Source: a virus. From it: a stretch of 64,000 nt of DNA. Shown in pieces: positions 1 through 7,456 of the stretch; positions within the stretch are counted from its first letter, which is position 1, and each line of letters begins with the position of its first letter. A program made the translations under genes and the position numbers. A model generated the notes under the pieces. The model did no database searches, was not told the origin of the DNA, and saw only the letters and a list, made by a program, of their open reading frames with translations. The stretch lies in IMG/VR virus record IMGVR_UViG_3300032073_005220, positions 64,001 through 128,000 of that record. One strand, given 5' to 3'.

Positions 1-597
1 GAGCTATATTTACATTCCAGTTTTGATTCCGAAGAAGAATCAGGAGTAGAATTTAGATCTGCTATAATGTTCGAAAAAAACGTAAGGTACTTAAATCAGA
101 TTTCTCATGATCCCATTTTAGTACACATGCACTTACCGGGAGGAGATTGGCAAGATTGTATGGGCATAGTCGATACCATAACCACCTCTCATTCAAAAAT
201 ATTTATACTGGCTTATGGTAAAGTAGAATCTGCTAGTAGTATATTATTTCAAGCTGCTCATCTTAGAGTATTAATGCCAAATACACACATGTTGATTCAT
301 TACGGATCTTTAAGTATCGAGGACGAACACCGTGCCGCTAAAAGTAGTTTTGAGTGGAGTGAAAAAGAATCTCTTAAAATGATTAACATGTTTAGTGAAA
401 GATGTATTGGTAGCCCAATTGCGAAAGAAAGAAATTGGAAAAAACATATCATTAAAAAACATATCATGTCACAACTAGATAATAAAAGCGATTGGATATT
501 AAATGCGGATGAATCTGTGTATTATGGTTTTGCTGACGGTGTATTAGGAGATAGAAAGTTTACTACAATAGATAAATTAAAAAGCAGAAAAAGATAA
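1..597 (+). CDS. clpP: ClpP-like serine protease (5'-truncated by window edge)
   Basis: Frame is open from base 1 (ELYLHSSFDSEEESGVEFRSAI-MFEK...). ClpP motifs: HLPGGD, GKVES (Ser), MLIHYG (His), SDWILNADESVYYGFADGV (Asp; cf. RDxxMxAxEAxxYGLID). Confidence 0.8.
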   Translation, partial: ELYLHSSFDSEEESGVEFRSAIMFEKNVRYLNQISHDPILVHMHLPGGDWQDCMGIVDTITTSHSKIFILAYGKVESASSILFQAAHLRVLMPNTHMLIHYGSLSIEDEHRAAKSSFEWSEKESLKMINMFSERCIGSPIAKERNWKKHIIKKHIMSQLDNKSDWILNADESVYYGFADGVLGDRKFTTIDKLKSRKR

Positions 598-598
598 T

Positions 599-1243
599 AT
601 GTACATAGAGTATTGTCTATATGATAGAACACTCAGCGAAAAAGATATATCCAAAGAAATAGAAAAAGCCCTAGACATGGGTGTGAAAAATTTCTGTTTA
701 CTTCCCTATTCTTTAGCCTCTTTAAAAAATAGTGGACTATTGAAAGAAATCAATGTCTCTGTACCGCTTGATTATCCTTTTGGAATTATGGATATTGATG
801 CAAGAAAAGCGGTTCTTTCTAATTTATTAAATAAATACAAGATACAAGCCTTAGATGTTATTGCTCCCTCCAAGATACTTTGCAACAACAAATACTCTAA
901 ATTTAGAGAAGATGTTGATAATGTAAACTCGGTGTCTGAAAATTACGGCCTAGACATTAGATATATATTAGAATATAGAATATTCAACTATGGAGTTCTT
1001 GCTCGATGTTGTCAAATTCTTACTGATAAAGGAATAGAAACCATTATTCCTTCTACGGGCAATATGATAGATGATATTCATGACAATATTATTGCTTGTA
1101 AATACCTAGAAAGCAAATCCAAAATTAAAACTATTTGCAGCGGCAATGTCTATCACAATAAACACCTGTCTTTATTAAAAACTAATAATATAGATAAAAT
1201 TAGAGCATTCAATATTAATACGGTCAATATGTTACAAAACTGA
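599..1243 (+). CDS. DeoC (deoxyribose-phosphate aldolase)-fold protein, probably catalytically inactive
   Basis: VPLDYPFG, ALDVI, RYILE, IIPSTG and ICSGN align to DeoC VxxFPxG, EIDMV, KVIIE, FVKTSTG and VKASGG, but the lysines are replaced. Confidence 0.65.
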   Translation: MYIEYCLYDRTLSEKDISKEIEKALDMGVKNFCLLPYSLASLKNSGLLKEINVSVPLDYPFGIMDIDARKAVLSNLLNKYKIQALDVIAPSKILCNNKYSKFREDVDNVNSVSENYGLDIRYILEYRIFNYGVLARCCQILTDKGIETIIPSTGNMIDDIHDNIIACKYLESKSKIKTICSGNVYHNKHLSLLKTNNIDKIRAFNINTVNMLQN

Positions 1244-1273
1244 TATTTTGAATTTTATTTATCTATTAATTAT

Positions 1274-1292
1274 GGTGTAATTTACTTATAAG
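1274..1292 (+). promoter_or_regulatory. Intergenic GGTGTA motif, candidate phage promoter
   Basis: GGTGTAATTTACTTATAAG, 57 nt upstream of ATG 1331; the same hexamer occurs in three other intergenic gaps. Confidence 0.45.
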
Positions 1293-1330
1293 CAATAGGC
1301 CTATTTGCACAAATAAACCGGAGATATAAA

Positions 1331-1918
1331 ATGAACTTAGCAGACAACATGAAACAGAACAGTGGTTCAGCAGTAACTTCTACTAGCACAGTAAATAATG
1401 CTGGCACATTTTTAGCTTTTGATAGCACAAACACCAAAATGGATGCAGTTAGCCCAGCATACGCAAACTATCTTGGGGGTTCAGTTCCAGCTGATACTAG
1501 CAATCCAAATACAGACCAAGCTTTATCTGATGGTAATTTTGCCCATAATAACCAAAATCCAATAGCCAAAGGTTTAACTACAGTTCTTGGTGGCGGAGCA
1601 GTAGATAGTCGATTACTATCTGGAGCTATGCTGACTTACAACGATACCGATTCCATACATGCTGTTGAAAATATCACAAGCACTAGAACTGCTACAGCTA
1701 TCAGAGCTGGTCAGTTCTTTATTGCTGGTAGAGATAATGACAGATATAATTTTCATCCAGATCCTACTACAGCTACAGATGCTTTTGGCAATGACAATGC
1801 TGCTAGAGTATCTAGAGCAACTCCTGGTAATTTAGTATACAAACTGGGCGGACCTTCAAGCGGTTCAAACCCTGTTGTAGACAGTTATTACTCGACTGCT
1901 GACGAAAAGACTGGCTGA
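1331..1918 (+). CDS. Hypothetical Ala/Ser/Thr/Asn-rich protein, possible virion protein
   Basis: GGAG RBS; own upstream motif and downstream terminator; composition typical of structural proteins. Confidence 0.55.
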   Translation: MNLADNMKQNSGSAVTSTSTVNNAGTFLAFDSTNTKMDAVSPAYANYLGGSVPADTSNPNTDQALSDGNFAHNNQNPIAKGLTTVLGGGAVDSRLLSGAMLTYNDTDSIHAVENITSTRTATAIRAGQFFIAGRDNDRYNFHPDPTTATDAFGNDNAARVSRATPGNLVYKLGGPSSGSNPVVDSYYSTADEKTG

Positions 1919-1945
1919 TATTTAAAGTTAATAATTTAATTATCT

Positions 1946-1980
1946 AGGACGGTGTATACTTTTATATGCCGTCCTTTTTT
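1946..1980 (+). terminator. Rho-independent terminator embedding a GGTGTA motif
   Basis: AGGACGGTGTATA-CTTT-TATATGCCGTCCT forms a 13-bp stem (2 G-U pairs) followed by a T-run. Confidence 0.75.
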
Positions 1981-1996
1981 ATTGGAGATACATAAT

Positions 1997-2323
1997 ATGG
2001 CAGATCCTAATACTTTAGGTCATTTTTTTGAAAACTTTACTACTCACATGGCTAGTGTCGTAATCGCACTTATTGGTTTCTGGACTACTTTTGTTCGAAA
2101 TCTAGTTAGCAGAAAAGAAGTAGAAGAAATGATAAATCATCAAAGTCAATATATGAAAGATAGAGAATTTATTATGGCTAGGTTAGAGGATCATAAAGCA
2201 GATAGCGCTACATTATTTAGAGCCCTTAATAAAAACACAGAGGTAATGAGTGAACTTAAAGTTCAAATAGCAATGCTGAGTAAAACTCTAGAAGCATTGG
2301 AAAACAGAATCGAAAGAACATAA
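1997..2323 (+). CDS. Membrane protein with one TM and a C-terminal coiled coil (holin-like?)
   Basis: Start reassigned to ATG 1997 (GGAG RBS). Hydrophobic MASVVIALIGFWTTFV; heptad-like C-terminus. Confidence 0.55.
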   Translation: MADPNTLGHFFENFTTHMASVVIALIGFWTTFVRNLVSRKEVEEMINHQSQYMKDREFIMARLEDHKADSATLFRALNKNTEVMSELKVQIAMLSKTLEALENRIERT

Positions 2324-2358
2324 CTTATATAAATTTCTCATAACATGGAGACAGACCA

Positions 2359-2562
2359 ATGCCTACTTCAGACGTTGCTTTTTCAAGCGATAGTGTTAAT
2401 CCTTCAGGAATGCCTAAAAACGGCAGTATAATTTTACATGCTGGAATTAGAACTGGTTTTTATGATGTGAATGATGCACATGCTGTATCTGGCACTACAG
2501 ACGACCAACTAGAAGTTAAATATTCTGGAAGATTTGACGACTATAAATATTATTTACAATAG
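2359..2562 (+). CDS. Hypothetical protein
   Basis: 67-aa ORF with GGAG RBS, in operon context. Confidence 0.55.
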   Translation: MPTSDVAFSSDSVNPSGMPKNGSIILHAGIRTGFYDVNDAHAVSGTTDDQLEVKYSGRFDDYKYYLQ

Positions 2563-2580
2563 TTTTAAGGTTAAACAATT

Positions 2581-3060
2581 ATGAAAAAATCATATCAAAC
2601 TAGTGAATTTTGGTTTACTATTGTTAGTTTTATCATAAGCGGTTTATTTATAGTAGGAGTAATTACAGAACCAGATACTAAAGACGACCTAATTAGTGTT
2701 GGCACCCATGTCGTTGAGAGTATTATTTTACTCGGCGGTCAGTTCATGGTATTTTCTAGATACTTAAACAAAAGGAAAATAGAAAAAGTAGAGTTTGAAA
2801 AGACCAAGCAAAAAGAACAAGATAATTTACGCAAAGAACTAGAGGATTATGTCGGAGTAGGGAAACAACACGAAATTGTGAATATAAACACAGCAGATTT
2901 AGGAGAATTAATACAGCTTCCCCATATAGGCCCACAACTTGCTCAAAAAATTATTGACTTCAGGAAGGATGGTAGGTTTAACAATATTAATGAATTGATT
3001 GAAATAAAAGGTATTGGAGATAGTGTTTTTTCCGATATTAGCAAATATGTCACGGTATGA
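2581..3060 (+). CDS. Two-TM membrane protein fused to a ComEA-type helix-hairpin-helix DNA-binding domain
   Basis: N-terminal TSEFW plus two hydrophobic helices; C-terminal VNINTADLGELIQLPHIGPQLAQKIIDFR...GRF...EL.EIKGIG is a classic ComEA HhH. Confidence 0.8.
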   Translation: MKKSYQTSEFWFTIVSFIISGLFIVGVITEPDTKDDLISVGTHVVESIILLGGQFMVFSRYLNKRKIEKVEFEKTKQKEQDNLRKELEDYVGVGKQHEIVNINTADLGELIQLPHIGPQLAQKIIDFRKDGRFNNINELIEIKGIGDSVFSDISKYVTV

Positions 3061-3070
3061 GGGTTAAAAT

Positions 3071-3499
3071 ATGAATAGTAAAGAATTAATAGCTAAAGAA
3101 TTTGATGTTTTGATTGACAATGTAAAAACTAGCCTAGATAATGTAAAAAGATTTGCTGTCGGTGAAGCGTGGAAAATCCTTCAGGTAGCCACAGCAAGTC
3201 TAATTCAAACCATTGAAAAATTCGGATCGGATCTAGAAGGTCCAGAAAAAAAGACCATAGCTATGGAATTATTATCTGGTTTTTATGATAAAATATTTTC
3301 AGCTGTTGATATTCCTGTTGTGCCTAATATTTTAGAGCCTATTATACATAAGAGTGTCAAGGCATTTTTAATGGTTTTGGTAAGCGCAACAATTGATGCG
3401 TTAGTCACAACATTTAGAGAGACAGGTATTTTTCTAAAGAAAAAACTAGATGAAAATCCTTATAGTAAAGAAGTTGTAAAAGTTTCCTATGTTCCATGA
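3071..3499 (+). CDS. Hypothetical helical protein
   Basis: 142-aa ORF with GAGG RBS; amphipathic helices. Confidence 0.6.
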   Translation: MNSKELIAKEFDVLIDNVKTSLDNVKRFAVGEAWKILQVATASLIQTIEKFGSDLEGPEKKTIAMELLSGFYDKIFSAVDIPVVPNILEPIIHKSVKAFLMVLVSATIDALVTTFRETGIFLKKKLDENPYSKEVVKVSYVP

Positions 3500-3511
3500 A
3501 AGGGATAGATT

Positions 3512-3895
3512 ATGAATTTTAGCCAAAGTTTTGAGGAATTTAGTAGCAGTTTAGGCCCGATGGATTTGGCTTTATATGCTGGGGTAGGCATAGTTTTATG
3601 GGTCTTATTTAAAGACAAACTAAGTCCTGTTCAGAAAATTATAATAGATTTAGTAAATAAAGCAAAGTCTTCTTTAGGACAAGATGGGAAACCCGCAGTA
3701 TCTGTTCCATTGCCAGATAGTATGAAAAATGCTCCTGTGAAGACTCAAAATGTATTTTTTGATTTAGTTGTGTCTTGGAAGCAAACAAGAGACCTAGCAG
3801 AACTCAGCGGTTGTAAGAAAGCAGTTGAAGTAGCTGATCAAATGTTTCCTTACTTAAGTCCAACAATATGTTCGGAGGATAAAGATGCAGAATAA
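3512..3895 (+). CDS. Hypothetical membrane-anchored protein
   Basis: Hydrophobic LALYAGVGIVLWVLF near the N-terminus. Confidence 0.6.
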   Translation: MNFSQSFEEFSSSLGPMDLALYAGVGIVLWVLFKDKLSPVQKIIIDLVNKAKSSLGQDGKPAVSVPLPDSMKNAPVKTQNVFFDLVVSWKQTRDLAELSGCKKAVEVADQMFPYLSPTICSEDKDAE

Positions 3896-4391
3896 ATTAT
3901 TATTATTTGTAGGAGTCGTATTAGTATTATTTGGCGTATTTAAGCCCGATTTATCTAATTTGTCTTTGCCTGTAGGTGGTAATACTGTATGCGTAACATC
4001 TAATCATGTTACAGATGCTCCTGCCGATGAAGTATTATTAAATAAAGCTAGAGCTATTACTGAAGTATTACTTGCTTCTGATGATTCTACCAGAAAAAGC
4101 GATTGTATAAAACTATCTTCTTTATACTGTGATATTGCAACACTAATAGAATTAGACGAAACAGACTTAGTAATTGCCGATACATCAACAATCAGAGAAG
4201 TAAATAGTATTGCTGGTAAGATGTTAAGATTAGATATAAAAGATAAATATCCTAATCTTGCTGAGTTAGCTAAAGATCTCGTTGTGACCAATATAGGTGA
4301 CGACGATGTGATTTTAGATGAAGAACTTAGACTTAAAGCTGTAGAGGCTTTTCGAGCATTAAGCTGGGCATTTTGGGAGGGTAGTAAATAA
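3885..4391 (+). CDS. Hypothetical exported or membrane-anchored protein
   Basis: N-terminal KLLLFVGVVLVLFGVF signal/anchor; GGAGG RBS. Confidence 0.6.
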   Translation: MQNKLLLFVGVVLVLFGVFKPDLSNLSLPVGGNTVCVTSNHVTDAPADEVLLNKARAITEVLLASDDSTRKSDCIKLSSLYCDIATLIELDETDLVIADTSTIREVNSIAGKMLRLDIKDKYPNLAELAKDLVVTNIGDDDVILDEELRLKAVEAFRALSWAFWEGSK

Positions 4392-5317
4392 TGCCAAGAA
4401 TGACCCCAAAAAACTTATATGATGCTTATAGACAAGGATATAACGGATGTCTGTGGGAAGAACACGTTTTCGCAGAACTAATAGATAGCTCAAGATATGG
4501 TTATTTTAAAGACGGGGCTAAAAAAATTAAAGATAGCGGAAAAGGCAAACTGTCAACTCCTTTTATGTCTGTATTAAAATTTGATAAAAATGCATATATA
4601 GAGAGACAAACTACAGGAGATTGTGTGTCTCACGCAACTCGAAACGCATGTGACATAACGAGAGCAGTAGAAATCGACATTAAGGGAGACAAAGAAAGTT
4701 GGATTGCCAGAGGTGCTACTGAAGCTATATATGGATGCAGAGGTCATGGTGGCCAAGGAATGAGCTGTAGTCGTGCAGCTACTTTTGTTACTCAATCCGG
4801 AGGAATATTAGTTAGAAAAAATTATCCTGGTGTTGCTAACTTTTCTAAATACAATGGCTCTATGGGCGCTAAATGGGGCTCCAGAGGTTTACCAGATAAA
4901 GTTATAGACAAAGCAGATGATCATCAAGTAAAAACAGCTTCCCTAATAAGAACTGTTGAAGAAGCTAGAGATGCTTTGGCTAATGGGTATGGATTAAGTG
5001 TTTGTAGTAATTATGGATTTTCCAGCAAAAGAGATAGCAAGGGATTCGCTAGAAAAAGTGGGTCCTGGAATCACGCAATGTCCTGGACGGCCTGTGACGA
5101 TACTGGTAAAGAACCTGCTTTTCTTATACAAAACAGCTGGGGCAAATTTAATAGCGGAGGGCATCCAGAATGGGGTCCAATTCCTGATGGTTCTTTTTTA
5201 ATACATGCTGATGTTGCAGAAGGGATGCTTCGACAAAATGGGGCTTATGCCTTTAGTGATTTTAATGGATTTCCTCCACAGAAACTTCCTGATTATGGCT
5301 TCGGAGATTATTTATGA
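4391..5317 (+). CDS. Papain-like cysteine peptidase (family C1)
   Basis: QTTGDCVSH (oxyanion Gln and catalytic Cys), WNHAM (His), IQNSWG (Asn). Confidence 0.85.
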   Translation: MPRMTPKNLYDAYRQGYNGCLWEEHVFAELIDSSRYGYFKDGAKKIKDSGKGKLSTPFMSVLKFDKNAYIERQTTGDCVSHATRNACDITRAVEIDIKGDKESWIARGATEAIYGCRGHGGQGMSCSRAATFVTQSGGILVRKNYPGVANFSKYNGSMGAKWGSRGLPDKVIDKADDHQVKTASLIRTVEEARDALANGYGLSVCSNYGFSSKRDSKGFARKSGSWNHAMSWTACDDTGKEPAFLIQNSWGKFNSGGHPEWGPIPDGSFLIHADVAEGMLRQNGAYAFSDFNGFPPQKLPDYGFGDYL

Positions 5318-5475
5318 GACTATTAGATAAGATTGCACTTAACAGTTTAATTAAAACCATTACTAGTTTTATACTAGCTATATTAAAAATGTTTGCCCCA
5401 AGTAAATCTGACAATATAACTCCTAGAGAGAGAAAACGTCCTGTACTTGACTTTCTTAAAAGATGGATGAAATAA
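5314..5475 (+). CDS. Small 53-aa membrane/amphipathic protein (absent from ORF track)
   Basis: ATGA overlap with the peptidase stop; MRLLDKIALNSLIKTITSFILAILKMFAPSKSDNITPRERKRPVLDFLKRWMK fills the gap to the next gene. Confidence 0.6.
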   Translation: MRLLDKIALNSLIKTITSFILAILKMFAPSKSDNITPRERKRPVLDFLKRWMK

Positions 5476-5479
5476 AATT

Positions 5480-5728
5480 ATGAGCAAAATCTTACTTAGT
5501 GCAATTATTAGCTTGCCTTTAATATTCGGTCAGTTTTTCTTTACCAATGTAGTCAACCCACGTTCTTACAGCACAACAGCTATCGTTGCTTTGGTTGGTG
5601 CCAAAATAGCTGCACAAAAAGATGTTGTGAAAAAATACAAAAGAAAAGATTGTCCTGTCTGTAAGGGTAAAGGCTGGTATATCAGTGGTGACGGTATAGC
5701 TAAAATAAGCTGTCAATACTGTGAGTAG
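5480..5728 (+). CDS. Membrane-anchored protein with a DnaJ-like zinc finger
   Basis: Hydrophobic N-terminus; CPVCKGKG...CQYC. Confidence 0.6.
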   Translation: MSKILLSAIISLPLIFGQFFFTNVVNPRSYSTTAIVALVGAKIAAQKDVVKKYKRKDCPVCKGKGWYISGDGIAKISCQYCE

Positions 5729-5758
5729 TACGGTGTATTTACATTCTGTAAAGCCGTA
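5729..5758 (+). promoter_or_regulatory. Intergenic GGTGTA motif within an imperfect hairpin
   Basis: TACGG-TGTA-TTTACA-TTC-TGTAAA-G-CCGTA; GGTGTA at 5732, 52 nt before ATG 5784. Confidence 0.4.
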
Positions 5759-5783
5759 TAATTCATAAAGGACGATCTCTATA

Positions 5784-6863
5784 ATGTCAGATATACAAAA
5801 AATAGACACTAGTAAGTCTATAGATCATGGTGGACTTACCGTTAGGCATCCATTCGGTGAAGGAGAAGGTCGTGACGCTAAGATATCTAGTCAGGACATC
5901 AAGACTCAAGCAGATAATTTATTAAATAAGTTTAAACCATTAAGAAGGTTTGAAGCAAAGACATTCTCATCCTTGTACTCTATGATGAATGATGGAACTC
6001 TAGGAATATATCAGTCTGACCTACCCTATCCTGGATTATCTAATTTTACATTAAAAACAACAATTGATCTAGGCATTCCTGCATTCTCTCTTAATGCCCA
6101 ACATTATATCTTTAATTATGGAAACTATCAGTACGTTATGTGTCCTGATAGTAATATTAAATATTTAGATTCAGCTTTTAATATAGCTGAAATTGATATT
6201 AATAATAGATTTGACTCTATTTTTGTCAAAGATACCAATACCATATTTTCTGTAATAGATAGAACTGTTTATGAAATTGACTTATCAAATAACACCAGTT
6301 CTGTATATGGAACTCTAGATAGTTCTATAATATATCCAATGTCTTATATTTTATATGACTCGATAAACAATAAATTTGTTGTAATAGATGGAGAAGAAAC
6401 CTCTGACAATATATATGTATTAGATAGTTCTCTAAATATCATTTTTACTATAAATATGACGTCAAGTTATACCGGGAAAATACCTACATGTATATTTGAT
6501 AATAAAAACGGTACTATTTTAATTATTTTACAAAATACAAATTTAGAATCAGAATTGTTAAACCTACAATTAGACTTATCTGATAATAGCATCTCAGAAA
6601 TAAATGCATCAAATATAATTTATAAAAAATATTACTTAGATATATTTAATAAGTATAGTGTGCAAAACGATGGTACGAATTCTGTTATATATGATAACTC
6701 CAACACTTTAGTTTCTTTTCCTGTTAATAAATATCAACATATTCTAAATATCAATCCAGTTACTGATACAATAATTGTGAAGCAGTATGACGGCAAAAAA
6801 TGTGTTTATGCATTAAGCACTATTACCTCTTCTAAACCTCAAAAAATATTAGAATTAGATTAA
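5784..6863 (+). CDS. Hypothetical beta-rich protein, possible beta-propeller virion protein
   Basis: Repeating short strands (VYEIDL, YDSINNKFVVID, IYVLD, FDNKNGTILI). Confidence 0.5.
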   Translation: MSDIQKIDTSKSIDHGGLTVRHPFGEGEGRDAKISSQDIKTQADNLLNKFKPLRRFEAKTFSSLYSMMNDGTLGIYQSDLPYPGLSNFTLKTTIDLGIPAFSLNAQHYIFNYGNYQYVMCPDSNIKYLDSAFNIAEIDINNRFDSIFVKDTNTIFSVIDRTVYEIDLSNNTSSVYGTLDSSIIYPMSYILYDSINNKFVVIDGEETSDNIYVLDSSLNIIFTINMTSSYTGKIPTCIFDNKNGTILIILQNTNLESELLNLQLDLSDNSISEINASNIIYKKYYLDIFNKYSVQNDGTNSVIYDNSNTLVSFPVNKYQHILNINPVTDTIIVKQYDGKKCVYALSTITSSKPQKILELD

Positions 6864-7456
6864 TGAGTAATTTAGTAATAGCACAATCTGGAGTTCAACA
6901 GACACCCACACCCACTCCGAATCGTTCTGCAACACCAACTCCAACACCAAGTGTTACATCTACCCCTATAGTGGTCACCGTTACTCCAACTGCTACATCT
7001 ACAGTAACGCCTACTCCTACTCTTACCAAAACACCAACCCCTACCCCAACAACATCTCCTAGACCAATATCTATATTACATCACCCTCAATCTAAAACAA
7101 TAGACATAGAAGAAAGACAAAATTGGTTTTTTAGAACAACCACAGACAGTGATTCTACTCATTACTATTCTTGGCAATACTCCGACAATGGGGGTTCTGA
7201 TTGGAATTTTATTACTGTAAGCGGAACCGCTAACACTTCTAAAGAATCTAATCCAACGTCTTACTTATTCTTAAATAATCTCACGCCCGCTCAACATAAC
7301 AATCAATACAGATGTCAGATTACTAACGGAGTATTTACTACTGAAACAAATGCGGCCACACTTACAATATTAACAGATATCAATATCACGACACAACCAG
7401 TAAACGCTACTATCTCAAGCAGTGGCACAGCAACATTTTCCATAGGTGCAGAATAA
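6863..7456 (+). CDS. Thr/Pro-linker plus Ig-like domain protein
   Basis: (TP)n tract followed by an Ig pattern YSWQYSDNGG...YRCQIT...AATLTI; ends in a partial Ig domain (ITTQP...ATFSI). Confidence 0.75.
   Translation: MSNLVIAQSGVQQTPTPTPNRSATPTPTPSVTSTPIVVTVTPTATSTVTPTPTLTKTPTPTPTTSPRPISILHHPQSKTIDIEERQNWFFRTTTDSDSTHYYSWQYSDNGGSDWNFITVSGTANTSKESNPTSYLFLNNLTPAQHNNQYRCQITNGVFTTETNAATLTILTDINITTQPVNATISSSGTATFSIGAE
6899..7062 (+). repeat. Thr-Pro low-complexity linker (ACN-CCN codon repeats)
   Basis: Encodes TPTPTP...TPTPTPS...TPTPTLTKTPTPTPTTSP. Confidence 0.8.

Noticed and set aside
1952-1996. GTG-start N-terminal extension given in the ORF track
   Set aside because: It runs through a terminator hairpin; ATG 1997 has a GGAG RBS.
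5726-5761. Stop-codon reassignment (TAG readthrough)
   Set aside because: Coding density is already near-complete under code 11, and conserved enzymes are not interrupted by TAG or TGA.
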